Assembly: GCF_000012905.2 (NCBI RefSeq)
Contig: NC_007494.2
Span: 600,001-632,000 of the forward strand
Reading direction: 5' to 3'
Source: Cereibacter sphaeroides 2.4.1
GTDB lineage: Bacteria > Pseudomonadota > Alphaproteobacteria > Rhodobacterales > Rhodobacteraceae
DNA length: 32,000 nt
Part shown: in pieces, positions 8,062-17,067 of the stretch
Numbering within the stretch: the first letter of the stretch is position 1
How the letters are laid out: every line of letters begins with the position of its first letter
Position numbers and translations under genes: made by a program
Notes under the pieces: generated by a model
Seen by the model: the letters and a program-made list of their open reading frames with translations, nothing else
Told to the model about the DNA's origin: nothing
Database searches by the model: none

Positions 8062-9096
8062 ATGAAGACGATCTTCTCCGACAAGCACGCGCTGCAGAGC
8101 GTGGAGCGCGAATTCTACCGGGGCGGCTGGGTGGAGGCGTTCGAGATCCCCCGCCGCGCCGAACTCGTGCTGGCCGCCGTCACGCGCGCGGGCCTGGGCC
8201 CCGTGACAGCGCCGCAGCCGTTCGACCTCGGGCCCGTGCTGGCCGTTCATGATGCGGCCTTCGTGCGCTTTCTGGAAGGCGCCTGGGAGAGCTGGGTGGC
8301 CGAGATGGGCCCGGTTCCGGCCTATCCCAACCTCTGGCCGCCGCGCCGGTCGCGGACGATCCCGACGGTCCGGCCCGGCGCCGAACTCGGCCGCTATGTC
8401 GTCGACATGAGCAGCCCGGTCCTTACGGGCACATGGGAGGCCGCGCGGGCGGGTGTCGACTGCGCCCTGACCGGCGTGGCCCTGATCGAATCGGGCGAGC
8501 CCGCGGCCTTCGCCCTCAGCCGTCCCCCGGGCCACCATGCGGGGCGCGACTATTTCGGCGGCTACTGCTTTCTTAACAATGCGGCGATCGCCGCGCAGCA
8601 GTTCCGCAGCCTCGGCGCGGAGCGGGTGGCGGTGCTCGACATCGACTATCACCACGGCAACGGCACGCAGGACATCTTCTACGACCGCGGCGACGTGCTG
8701 ACCGTCTCGGTCCATGCCGATCCGGTGCAGGACTATCCCTATTATATCGGCTTCGCCGACGAGACCGGCGAGGGTGAGGGAGCGGGTGCGAACCTGAACC
8801 TGCCGCTGCCCTGGGGCGCGGATTTCGCCTCCTACCGCAGCGCGCTTGCCGAAGGCCTGGCGCGGATCCGGGCCTTCGCGCCCGACCGGCTGGTGGTGTC
8901 TCTGGGCGTCGACACGTTCATGGACGATCCGATCTCGCAGTTCCGGCTGGAGAGCGGGGATTACCCCCGGATCGGCGCGATGATCGCCGCCCTCGGCCTG
9001 CCCACCCTCTTCGTGATGGAGGGCGGCTATGCCATCGAGGCCATCGGCGAGAATGTCGTGCAGCTTCTGAAGGGATATGAGGCGGAGCGCGGCTGA
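8062..9096 (+). CDS. Histone deacetylase-family protein (acetylpolyamine amidohydrolase / deacylase-like, Zn-dependent)
   Basis: This is the ORF 7909..9096 trimmed to the ATG at 8062, 7 nt after the amidase stop (MKTIFSDKHALQ). HDAC motifs are present: SRPPGHHAG, DIDYHHGNGTQDIFY, and a C-terminal EGGY. Confidence 0.85.
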   Translation: MKTIFSDKHALQSVEREFYRGGWVEAFEIPRRAELVLAAVTRAGLGPVTAPQPFDLGPVLAVHDAAFVRFLEGAWESWVAEMGPVPAYPNLWPPRRSRTIPTVRPGAELGRYVVDMSSPVLTGTWEAARAGVDCALTGVALIESGEPAAFALSRPPGHHAGRDYFGGYCFLNNAAIAAQQFRSLGAERVAVLDIDYHHGNGTQDIFYDRGDVLTVSVHADPVQDYPYYIGFADETGEGEGAGANLNLPLPWGADFASYRSALAEGLARIRAFAPDRLVVSLGVDTFMDDPISQFRLESGDYPRIGAMIAALGLPTLFVMEGGYAIEAIGENVVQLLKGYEAERG

Positions 9097-9119
9097 GCCC
9101 TCAGCCGCCCCCCGCGGAG

Positions 9120-9770
9120 TCAGAAGTCGTCGGGGAAGATCAGCCTCAGATAGGCCAGCGAGGCATCGTGCCCGCGCTTCTGCCCCTCTGCGATGGTGAT
9201 GGGCAGAAGCAGATTCTCGACCCAGAGCCCCGAGATCATGGCGTTCAGCGTCAGCGCCACCTGCTCGGCCTCGACCGTCCGCCCGCGCAGCGCCGCAAGC
9301 TCGGCCACATCGGCGGCGACCGCCTCGTTATACTGAACCCGGAGCGCGGCGCAGCGCTGCCGGAAGCTCGGCACGCGCGCGGCTTCGGCCCAGAAGGCGA
9401 GCCAGAGCGCGATGGACTCGTGCCCCGCCGCCTTGCGGCTGAAGTCCGTGTCGATCATGTGCCGGATCCGCTCGGCCGGGCCGCGCTGCGAAGCGTTCAG
9501 CTGCGCCAGATAGGCCTCGTATTCCGCAGCCGTATGGTCCAGCGCGGCGAAGATGATGCCTTCCTTCGACTGGAAGTGGAAGGCGACCACACCATAGGAA
9601 CATTTCGCCTCGGCGGCGATGGAATTGATCGTGACCCCCGTGAGGCCGCGCTTCGAGATCACCTTCACCGCCGCCTTCAGCAGCGACCGGCGCCGGTCCA
9701 CCACCTGATCGTCGCGGGTCCTGGCCGGGGCAGCGCCGCTGCGTCTCGCTCTCGGTTTCGGCTCGGTCAT
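9120..9770 (-). CDS. TetR/AcrR-family transcriptional regulator, BetI-like subgroup
   Basis: This is the ORF 9120..9887 trimmed to the ATG at 9770 (MTEPKPRARR). The N-terminal HTH is LLKAAVKVISKRGLTGVTINSIAAEAKCSYGVVAFHFQSKEGI. A central LWLAFWAEAA and ISGLWVE resemble BetI-type TetR proteins. It is the last gene of the leftward catabolic operon, 76 nt after the amidohydrolase. Confidence 0.85.
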   Translation of the reverse strand: MTEPKPRARRSGAAPARTRDDQVVDRRRSLLKAAVKVISKRGLTGVTINSIAAEAKCSYGVVAFHFQSKEGIIFAALDHTAAEYEAYLAQLNASQRGPAERIRHMIDTDFSRKAAGHESIALWLAFWAEAARVPSFRQRCAALRVQYNEAVAADVAELAALRGRTVEAEQVALTLNAMISGLWVENLLLPITIAEGQKRGHDASLAYLRLIFPDDF

Positions 9771-9846
9771 GGGAGCTTGGGTCACTTTGCGGCAGGATCG
9801 TGGGAGCGGCGCAGTCCCCTCGGGAATAAAGGGCGGAAGGGCAAAG

Positions 9847-10710
9847 TCAAGTTGCGGCGGTGTCGAGACCCAGCAGCCGCGCCGCATTGTCGTGCAGCCA
9901 GAGCCGGCGCGTGTCCGCGTCGAGCCCCAGCGCGTCCAGTTCTGCCAGCGCCGTCTCGACCGGCATCATCGGAAAGGCGGAGCCGAAAATGATTTTCTCC
10001 TTCAGCAGCGTGCGGCCGTACTGCAACAGCGGCTCGTAGCCGGAATGCGCCTTGGCGAGAAGCTTCGGCCGCACGGCCAGGAGCCCGATGGAGAGGTTCG
10101 GGTGGCGCCAGGCGACCCCGATCAGTTCCTGCACCCAGGGCCAGCCGGGGGGAGAGGCCACGGCGCGCAGCTCCGGGTAGCGCACCATGACGTTGTCGAG
10201 ATATTCCGGCCGCCCCAGCGCCATGGGCGTGTGGGTCGAGAAGTTGATGCCGCAATGGATGTTCACCGGCACATCGAGTTCGATGGCCTTCTCGTAGAGC
10301 GGAAACAGCCGCTCGTCGTCGGGGCGCATCTTCAGCTCGAAACATTGCAGATTGAGACCGCGCAGCCCGAGGTGGCGGATCGCATGGTCGAAATGGTCCA
10401 CCGCATCTTCCTGCCAGGGATCGACACCGGCGAAGCCCACATAGCGCGGGCCGTGCGCCCGGATGAACTCCGCCACCGCCTCGTTGGAGATCCTGAAGCC
10501 GAAGGTCGTGGTCAGGTCGCGCGCCTTCAGCACCACATGGCGCGCGCCCAGCCGCTCGTAGGTCTCGAGCCAGCTGTCCAGCCCCTGCGCCGCGTCCGAG
10601 GCGGCCGAGCGGCGTTCGCTCGCCTGATAGACCCTGCGGTAGTTCTGCAGATGCGGGGCGGGGGGCGAGAAATCCGGGTGCGGCGGGCGCGAGGAAAAAT
10701 CGATCAGCAT
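9847..10710 (-). CDS. Amidohydrolase-2 (PF04909-like TIM-barrel) family protein with atypical active-site residues
   Basis: The 287-aa ORF has the family layout: N-terminal MLIDFSS (the position of IDxHxH), VPVNIHCG, and IIFGSAFP (the position of FGSDYP), then a C-terminal NAARLLGL. The start lies 4 nt after the upstream stop, with a GGAG inside the upstream gene. Confidence 0.7.
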   Translation of the reverse strand: MLIDFSSRPPHPDFSPPAPHLQNYRRVYQASERRSAASDAAQGLDSWLETYERLGARHVVLKARDLTTTFGFRISNEAVAEFIRAHGPRYVGFAGVDPWQEDAVDHFDHAIRHLGLRGLNLQCFELKMRPDDERLFPLYEKAIELDVPVNIHCGINFSTHTPMALGRPEYLDNVMVRYPELRAVASPPGWPWVQELIGVAWRHPNLSIGLLAVRPKLLAKAHSGYEPLLQYGRTLLKEKIIFGSAFPMMPVETALAELDALGLDADTRRLWLHDNAARLLGLDTAAT

Positions 10711-10714
10711 CGGC

Positions 10715-12310
10715 TCAGCTCCACTTCCGGCGGTCTTCGAGGATCACCTTGGCCGCATTGTGCCCCGGCACGCCGGTCACGCCGCCGCCGGGATGGACCG
10801 AAGCCGAGGCCTGATAGAGACGGTCCACCGGGCTGCGGTAATCGGCGAACTGCGGCGAGGGACGGCGGAAGAACATCTGGTCCGCGCTGATCTCGCCGTG
10901 GTGGACATGGCCGTTCGGCAGATCGAAGATCCGCTCGAGATCCAGCGGCGTCATGATCTGGCGGTGCAGGATCCTGCTCTCGATGTCGGGGAACTGGGTC
11001 TTCAGCACCGCGAGCACCCGGCCCCACAGCTCTTCGCGGCGGCTGTCCCAGTCGCCCCGCGCGAGCGTGTAGGGCGCATGTCCACCGAAGACATTCATGA
11101 TGTGATGCCCCTCGGGCGCGAGCGTCGGATCCACCATCGAGGGCACCTTGACGATCAGGAAGGGTGCCTCGGCGATCTCGCCGCCCTGCGCCTGATGCCA
11201 GGCCCGCTCCATGTAGGCCACGTTCGGCGCAACGGTCATCTGGGGCACGATGGAGCCCTGCGGATTGGTCTGGCCGAAGACCGGGGCCTCGGGCAGCGCC
11301 GACAGAGCCAGATTGACCCGGAAGACCGTGCTTTCGCAGCGGATGTTGCGGATGTCGCGGTTGAACTCCTCGGGCAGCTCGGCGGGATCGAGGAGCTTCG
11401 TGAAGGTGGTGCGGGCGGTGGCATTGGCGATCACGATCTTCGAGCGGATCTCCTCGCCGCCCTCCAGCCGCACGCCCACGGCGCGGCCGTTCTCGACGAG
11501 GATCCGCTCCACCGGGCAGGCGGTGCGAACCTCCATGCCATGCGCCTCGCCCGAGCGGCGGATCGCCTCGGAAATGGCGCCCATGCCGCCCTTCATGAAG
11601 CCTGCGGGCCCCGCGGCGGTGCCGCCGTCGCGCACGATGCCGCGCGCGAGCATATAGGCCGAGCCGGGCGTCTTCAGGCTGGAATTGGCCCCGCCCCCGC
11701 CGGCGAAGAAGCCCAGAACCAGCTTCACTTCGTCGGAGGTGAACCAGCGCGAGAGATAGTCCCAGGCGCTCATCGTGAGGAGATTGTAGATGTCGTAGAA
11801 TTGCGGCCCGACCTTGCGGAAGCGCCAGACGAAGCCCGCGAGCCGTTTCAGATCCCGGATCTTGCCGCTGGCGGGATCGACCGGCACCTCCCACAGAAGC
11901 TGCTTCATGTGCGGCGCAATCTTCAGCATGTGCGCCCGGTAGCCGGCATAGGCCGCACCATCGACATTCGAGAATTTCGCGATCTCGGCGGCGAACTTCT
12001 CCGGGTCGTCCCAGAGCGTGAAGGTGCGCCCGCCCTCGAGCGCGAAGACGGTGGGGGCTGCGGGAATGACCTCGAAGCCGTATTTCTGCAATTCGAGATC
12101 GAGGATGACCTTGGGCTGCAGAAGCCCCTGATAATAGGAGGCGAGCGAGCTGCGGTAACCGGGCGCGATCTCGCCCGTCACCGCCGCCCCGCCGACCATG
12201 GGCTGGCGCTCCACCACCAGCACCTTCACGCCGGCGCGGGCGAGGTAGGCGCCGCAGGTCAGCCCGTTGTGGCCGCCGCCCACGATGATGGCATCATACT
12301 GCGGGCTCAT
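10715..12310 (-). CDS. FAD/NAD(P)-dependent oxidoreductase, phytoene-desaturase (CrtI)/amine-oxidase-like family
   Basis: This is the ORF 10715..12340 trimmed to the ATG at 12310 (MSPQYDAIIVGGGHNGLTCGAYLARAGVKVLVVERQPMVGGA, a dinucleotide-binding GxGxxG). GGGAG lies 8 nt upstream. The ATG overlaps the TGA of the upstream gene (ATGA at 12310-12307). Confidence 0.8.
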   Translation of the reverse strand: MSPQYDAIIVGGGHNGLTCGAYLARAGVKVLVVERQPMVGGAAVTGEIAPGYRSSLASYYQGLLQPKVILDLELQKYGFEVIPAAPTVFALEGGRTFTLWDDPEKFAAEIAKFSNVDGAAYAGYRAHMLKIAPHMKQLLWEVPVDPASGKIRDLKRLAGFVWRFRKVGPQFYDIYNLLTMSAWDYLSRWFTSDEVKLVLGFFAGGGGANSSLKTPGSAYMLARGIVRDGGTAAGPAGFMKGGMGAISEAIRRSGEAHGMEVRTACPVERILVENGRAVGVRLEGGEEIRSKIVIANATARTTFTKLLDPAELPEEFNRDIRNIRCESTVFRVNLALSALPEAPVFGQTNPQGSIVPQMTVAPNVAYMERAWHQAQGGEIAEAPFLIVKVPSMVDPTLAPEGHHIMNVFGGHAPYTLARGDWDSRREELWGRVLAVLKTQFPDIESRILHRQIMTPLDLERIFDLPNGHVHHGEISADQMFFRRPSPQFADYRSPVDRLYQASASVHPGGGVTGVPGHNAAKVILEDRRKWS

Positions 12311-13971
12311 GCGGAGGCTCCCTCGGTCGCGGGGATCCATTCCCCGCTGGTGCGGTCAAAGCTGCCCGCGCGCAGGTCGGCCACGCCTTCGGTGATCCGG
12401 GGCTTGGCGATCTTCAGCGAGGCGGTGCGCGGGAAATCCTCGACGAAGGCGTAGAAGCGCGGCACCTTGAAGGGCGCGAGCCCGGCCTGCGCGGTGGCCA
12501 CGATGCCCTCGAGGATCGCGGCATCGGCGACCACGCCCTCCTTCAGGCGGATGCAGGCCTTGACCTCCTCGCCGCGCAGCGGGTCGGGCACGCCCACCAC
12601 CGCCACCTCGGCCACGCCGGGCGCCGCGGCCAGCACCGTCTCGACCTCGCGCGCGGCGATGTTCTCGGCCGAACGCCGGATCATGTCCTTCTTGCGGCCC
12701 ACGATGTAGAAGAACCCGTCCTCATCCTGACGGAAGAGGTCGCCCGAGGAGAACCAGCCGTCCTTCAACACCTCGGCCGTAGCCTCGGGGTTGTTGTAGT
12801 AGCCGAGCATGATGCCCGGTCCGCGGATCTGCAATTCGCCGATCTCGCCCCGCGCCACGGGCTGGCCGTCCTCGCCCACGATGCGGCACTCGCGGAACGG
12901 GCACGGCACGCCGCAGGAGCCCGAGCCCACCTTGTCCGCGCGCTCGATGGGCGCGAACATCGCCGGGCCGATCTCGGTCATGCCGAAGGCCTCGCGGGCG
13001 TTCAGGTCGAACCGCTCCTCGAGCCCGCGGTGCAGGTCGCGCGGGCAGCCGTAGATATTGGCGCGCACAACCCGATTCTGCGCGTCATGCTGCTGCGGCG
13101 CCATGCCGTGCAGCACCCAGGGCAGCAGACAGAAGTCGATCTCATGCTCTTCGAGCCAGCCCGAGAAGCGGCTCGTCGATTGCCGGGCCGCCACGAACAG
13201 GGTGCCGCGCTGGTAGAGCGTCATCAGCAGGAGCCATTGCGGATCCATGTAGAAGAAGGGCGTGGAGGCGAGGATGCGCCGGTAGATCCGGCCGTCGCGG
13301 AAGGCGTTCACCTTGCCCGCCGAGATCCAGTAGCGCTGGCCGAGCATGCAGCCCTTGGGAAAGCCCGAGGTGCCGGATGTGAACTGGATGTTCAGGAGAT
13401 CGTCGTGCCCCACCGGCTCGGGCGGGGTGAAATGGTCCTGCGGCTCCGAGGCAAGCTCGGCCCAGTCATGCGCCCCGCCTAGGGCGCCGCCCACCACGAT
13501 CAGCCGCTCGGCGGGCAGCGCGATCAGGCCCGCCGCATGGGCCTCGTCGAGCACGGCCCGCGTGCTGTCGTGGGTCACCACCCAGTCTGCCTCGGCGACC
13601 TTCATCACATGGGCGATCTCGCGCGGGGTGTAGCCGGGGTTGATCGGCAGCATCACTGCCCCGATCCGGCCGAGCGCCAGCCAGGTCAGCGGGAAAGCCT
13701 CGACGTTCGGCAGCATCACGCCCACATGGGTGCCCTTGCCGATCCCGAGGGCCACGAGGCGCGCGGCCAGCCCGTTCACCTTGCGGCGCATCTCGCCGTA
13801 GGTAAGGGTCTCGCCGCTCTCGAAGAAGTTCCACACCACCCGGTCGCCGGCCTCCGCGGCGGCCGCGTCGATCAGCGCCCCGATATTCTCCGGCAACGGC
13901 TCGGCCTCGATCCGGCGGCGGCGGTCCTCGTAGGGGACGACGGCCTGGGCGAGGACTTCATCCTTCCACAT
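12307..13971 (-). CDS. AMP-dependent synthetase/ligase (acyl-CoA synthetase family)
   Basis: The 554-aa ORF carries adenylate-forming motifs: IQFTSGTSGFPKG, GYYNNPEAT, and GWFSSGDLFRQDEDGFFYIVGRKKDMI. Confidence 0.9.
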   Translation of the reverse strand: MWKDEVLAQAVVPYEDRRRRIEAEPLPENIGALIDAAAAEAGDRVVWNFFESGETLTYGEMRRKVNGLAARLVALGIGKGTHVGVMLPNVEAFPLTWLALGRIGAVMLPINPGYTPREIAHVMKVAEADWVVTHDSTRAVLDEAHAAGLIALPAERLIVVGGALGGAHDWAELASEPQDHFTPPEPVGHDDLLNIQFTSGTSGFPKGCMLGQRYWISAGKVNAFRDGRIYRRILASTPFFYMDPQWLLLMTLYQRGTLFVAARQSTSRFSGWLEEHEIDFCLLPWVLHGMAPQQHDAQNRVVRANIYGCPRDLHRGLEERFDLNAREAFGMTEIGPAMFAPIERADKVGSGSCGVPCPFRECRIVGEDGQPVARGEIGELQIRGPGIMLGYYNNPEATAEVLKDGWFSSGDLFRQDEDGFFYIVGRKKDMIRRSAENIAAREVETVLAAAPGVAEVAVVGVPDPLRGEEVKACIRLKEGVVADAAILEGIVATAQAGLAPFKVPRFYAFVEDFPRTASLKIAKPRITEGVADLRAGSFDRTSGEWIPATEGASA

Positions 13972-14011
13972 CGGCGGGCTCCAGTGAGTGGCGTGGGCAA
14001 CAGGAAGAAGT

Positions 14012-14030
14012 GCCCGCCCGATGGGCGGGC
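14012..14030 (-). terminator. Stem-loop between the aldehyde dehydrogenase and acyl-CoA synthetase genes (possible partial terminator or processing site)
   Basis: A perfect 8-bp GC stem, GCCCGCCC-gat-GGGCGGGC. On the minus-strand RNA it starts about 8 nt after the ALDH stop and is followed by ACTTCTTCCTGTT (pyrimidine/T-rich, not a clean U-run). Confidence 0.35.
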
Positions 14031-14037
14031 GCTGAGG

Positions 14038-15525
14038 TCAGTGGGCGAACCAGACGGCCTTCAGGTCGGTGTATTTATCCATCGCATGCAGCGACTTGTC
14101 CCGGCCGAAGCCCGATTGCTTGAAGCCGCCGAACGGCACGGCGAGCGAGCCGCGGTCGAAGCAGTTGACCCAGACCACGCCCGCGCGGAGCGACTTGGCC
14201 GCCCGGTGCGCGTTCTTCACCGACCCGGTCCAGACCGCGCCCGCGAGCCCGTAGACCGTGTCATTGGCCGTCGCCATCGCCTCGTCGAAGCCCTTCACCG
14301 GGATGGCCGACAGCACCGGCCCGAAGATCTCTTCCTGCGCGATCTTCATGTCGTTGCGCACGCCCTCGAAGATCGTGGGTTCGATGTAGAAGCCGCCGGT
14401 TTCGGTCTTCACCCGGCCGCCGCCGATGACCGGACGTGCACCGTCCGCGCGGCCGGCGTCGATGTAGCCCAGCACGCGGTCCATCTGCTCTTCGCTCACC
14501 ATCGAGCCCATGCGGGTGGCGGTGTCGAGCGGATCGCCGGGCGCGAAGACCTTGGCCTGAGCCGCGATCTTCTCGAGGAGCTGGTCGTGGATCTTCTCGT
14601 CCACGATCAGGCGCGAGCCCGCGTTGCAGACCTGCCCGGTGTTGGCGAAGATGCCGGCCGCAATCCCGGCCGCCGCCGCATCGAGATCATCGCAATCCGC
14701 CAGCACGACCTGAGGTGACTTGCCGCCGAGTTCGAGCCCGATCCGCTTGATGTTCGACTGGCCGGAATACTGCATGAAATACTTGCCGACCTCGGTCGAG
14801 CCGGTGAAGCCCACGCAATCGACATCCATATGCAGCCCGAGCGCCTTGCCCGCGATATGGCCGAGGCCCGGCACCACGTTCAGCACCCCCGGAGGCATCC
14901 CCGCCTCGATGGCGAGCTCGCCGAACTTCAGCGCGGTGAAGGGCGATTGTTCGGCGGGCTTCAGGATCACCGAATTGCCGGTGGCAAGCGCAGGCCCGAG
15001 CTTCCAGGCGGCCATCGACATCGGATAGTTCCACGGCACCACGGCCGCCACGATCCCCAAGGGCTCGCGCATGACGAGCGTCGTCATGTCGTAAGCCGTG
15101 GCCGCCACCTCGCCATAGACCTTGTCGATCGCCTCGGCATACCAGGCGATGCAGGCGGCAGCGCTCACCACGTCGCCGTTGTAGGCATTGGCGATGGGCT
15201 TGCCCACGTTCAGCGTCTCGAGGAGCGCCAGCTCCTCCCGGTTGGCGAGGATCAGCTCGGAGAAGCGCAGCAGGATGCGGCGCCGGTCGGCCGGGGCCAT
15301 CCGCGACCAGACCCCCGCCTCGAACGCCTTGCGGGCCGACCGCACCGCGACATCCACATCCGCCGCATTGCACGAGGCCACATCGGTCAGCGGCCGCCCG
15401 TCGCCGGGATAGATGCAGGCGAAGGTCTCGCCCGACAGGCTGTCGACATACTGGCCGTCGATGAAGGGACGGTTCGGAAGGGCCACGGCTTTGGCGCGGG
15501 CGTGCCAGTCGATCTCTTGCAGCAT
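14038..15525 (-). CDS. NAD(P)-dependent aldehyde dehydrogenase (aminoaldehyde / gamma-glutamyl-aminobutyraldehyde dehydrogenase-like)
   Basis: The 495-aa ORF has ELGGKSP (catalytic Glu) and NTGQVCNAGSR (catalytic Cys). The N-terminal FIDGQYVDSLSGETF is typical of PuuC/KauB-like ALDHs. Confidence 0.9.
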   Translation of the reverse strand: MLQEIDWHARAKAVALPNRPFIDGQYVDSLSGETFACIYPGDGRPLTDVASCNAADVDVAVRSARKAFEAGVWSRMAPADRRRILLRFSELILANREELALLETLNVGKPIANAYNGDVVSAAACIAWYAEAIDKVYGEVAATAYDMTTLVMREPLGIVAAVVPWNYPMSMAAWKLGPALATGNSVILKPAEQSPFTALKFGELAIEAGMPPGVLNVVPGLGHIAGKALGLHMDVDCVGFTGSTEVGKYFMQYSGQSNIKRIGLELGGKSPQVVLADCDDLDAAAAGIAAGIFANTGQVCNAGSRLIVDEKIHDQLLEKIAAQAKVFAPGDPLDTATRMGSMVSEEQMDRVLGYIDAGRADGARPVIGGGRVKTETGGFYIEPTIFEGVRNDMKIAQEEIFGPVLSAIPVKGFDEAMATANDTVYGLAGAVWTGSVKNAHRAAKSLRAGVVWVNCFDRGSLAVPFGGFKQSGFGRDKSLHAMDKYTDLKAVWFAH

Positions 15526-15562
15526 CTGGGATCCTGTTGGAGGGAGTTTCGTCGCGGCCGCC

Positions 15563-16966
15563 TCAGACGGCGGCCGGTTCTTTCGCGGTCAGACCGTGGG
15601 CGGCGCTCACTTCGGTGATGGCCTGCCGCATGATCGCGACCATCTCGTCGATCTGCGCGCGCGAGATGATGAGCGGCGGCGAGATCACGCAGAGATCGCC
15701 CAGCGGGCGCACGATCAGCCCGAGCTCGAAGCAGCGCTCGTCGATCTTCAGGGTGAAGGCCTTGTCCTCGGCCGTGCCGTCCGCCCGGGTCGGGTCGAGC
15801 AGGCATTGCACGCAACCCACGAGGCCCACCGACCGGGTTTCCGCCACGCCCGGCAGATCGCGCAGCGAAGCCAGCGCCGCGGCGAAATAGTCCGCCATCT
15901 CGCGCGCCTGATCGACGATGCCCTCGCGCTCCATCAGCTCGATGTTGGCAAGCGCCGCGGCGCAGGCCACCGGCTGATTGCTGTAGGTATAGCCGTTGGT
16001 GAACCAGCTTCCCTTGGCATTCTCGCCCGAGATCCGCGCCAGCACCGCCTCGGAGATCGCAAGGCCGCCGAGCGGCACATAGCCCGAGGTCACGCCCTTG
16101 GCGAAGGTGATGATGTCCGGCACCACCCCGAACACCTTCTCCGAGGCGAACCACTCGCCGCAACGGCCGAAGCCCGTCACCACCTCGTCCGAGATATAGA
16201 GGATGTCGTGCTTCTCGCAGATCGCCTTGAAGCGCGCATGATAGCCTGCGGGCGGAATAATGACGCCGCCCGAGGCGAGGATCGGCTCGGCCAGGAAGGC
16301 CGCGATCGTGTCGGGGCCGAGGCTCTCGATCCGGTCCTCGAATTCCTGCACCAGATCGTCGAGGAACGCCTCCTGGCTGCGGTTGCCGGCGTGGCGCGGA
16401 TTGGGGCTCGAGAGGAACGAGATCCGGTCCTGCGCGATGTCGAAGTTCGGCCAGTTGCCGGTGCGGCCGGTGCAGGCGGCGGTGAGCGCCGTCGAGCCGT
16501 GATAGCCGTCGTAGCGCACGATGATGCGCTTCTTCTGCGGCCGGCCCAGCACGTTGTTGTAGAATTCCGAGAAGCGCAGCGCGCTGTCCACCGCGGTCGA
16601 CCCGCCCGTGGTGAAAAAGATCCGGTTGAGATCGCCCGGCGTCAGCGTGGCGATCTTCTCCGCCAGCCGCGCCGCGGGGCTCGTGGCCATATACCAGGGC
16701 GAGGCATAGGGCAGCACCATCGCCTGATGCGCCATGGCATCGACGATCTCGCGGCGGCCGTAGCCCACCTGCGCGCACCACATGCCCGCCGGCCCGTCGA
16801 TCAGGCGGCGGCCGTCCTCGGTATGGACATAGATGCCCTCGGCATGAGTCAGCACCGGCTGCGCGGACTTGCCGAGCTTCGCCATTTCCTGTGCAGGCAA
16901 GAGGATGTGATCCCGCATCGCCGCGCCCACCGCTCCGGCAGCATTCGTCGCGTCATTCCGCGTCAT
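15563..16966 (-). CDS. Class-III (omega) aminotransferase, PLP-dependent
   Basis: This is the ORF 15563..17029 trimmed to the ATG at 16966, with a GGGGAGG RBS 6-7 nt upstream. Motifs: [15 protein letters not shown] and [14 protein letters not shown] (PLP-Lys context). It resembles amine:pyruvate / beta-alanine:pyruvate transaminases. Confidence 0.9.
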   Translation of the reverse strand: MTRNDATNAAGAVGAAMRDHILLPAQEMAKLGKSAQPVLTHAEGIYVHTEDGRRLIDGPAGMWCAQVGYGRREIVDAMAHQAMVLPYASPWYMATSPAARLAEKIATLTPGDLNRIFFTTGGSTAVDSALRFSEFYNNVLGRPQKKRIIVRYDGYHGSTALTAACTGRTGNWPNFDIAQDRISFLSSPNPRHAGNRSQEAFLDDLVQEFEDRIESLGPDTIAAFLAEPILASGGVIIPPAGYHARFKAICEKHDILYISDEVVTGFGRCGEWFASEKVFGVVPDIITFAKGVTSGYVPLGGLAISEAVLARISGENAKGSWFTNGYTYSNQPVACAAALANIELMEREGIVDQAREMADYFAAALASLRDLPGVAETRSVGLVGCVQCLLDPTRADGTAEDKAFTLKIDERCFELGLIVRPLGDLCVISPPLIISRAQIDEMVAIMRQAITEVSAAHGLTAKEPAAV

Positions 16967-17067
16967 CGCCGACCTCCCCTCTCGTCCGCATTTCGGTTCA
17001 TTCCCGGGCAAGCCCCCGCAACCGGGCACCGCCTCTGCCGCCAGTAGTGGGCACTCCGGCGGAACAA

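Noticed and set aside
6516-8715. Minus-strand ORFs 6516..8084 (522 aa) and 7975..8715 (246 aa), opposite the amidase and HDAC genes.
   Set aside because: They are shadow ORFs with low-complexity R/G/A/E-rich translations. The plus-strand frames contain the amidase signature (GGSSGG) and the HDAC motifs.
9168-17047. Plus-strand ORFs 9168..9992, 9769..10890, 10760..12454, 13537..14718, 14830..15618 and 15413..17047, opposite the leftward catabolic operon.
   Set aside because: They are shadow ORFs. Every minus-strand counterpart has diagnostic family motifs (TetR HTH, GxGxxG, AMP-binding, ALDH Cys/Glu, PLP-Lys), plausible RBSs and tight operon spacing. The plus-strand translations are repetitive R/H/D/G-rich strings.
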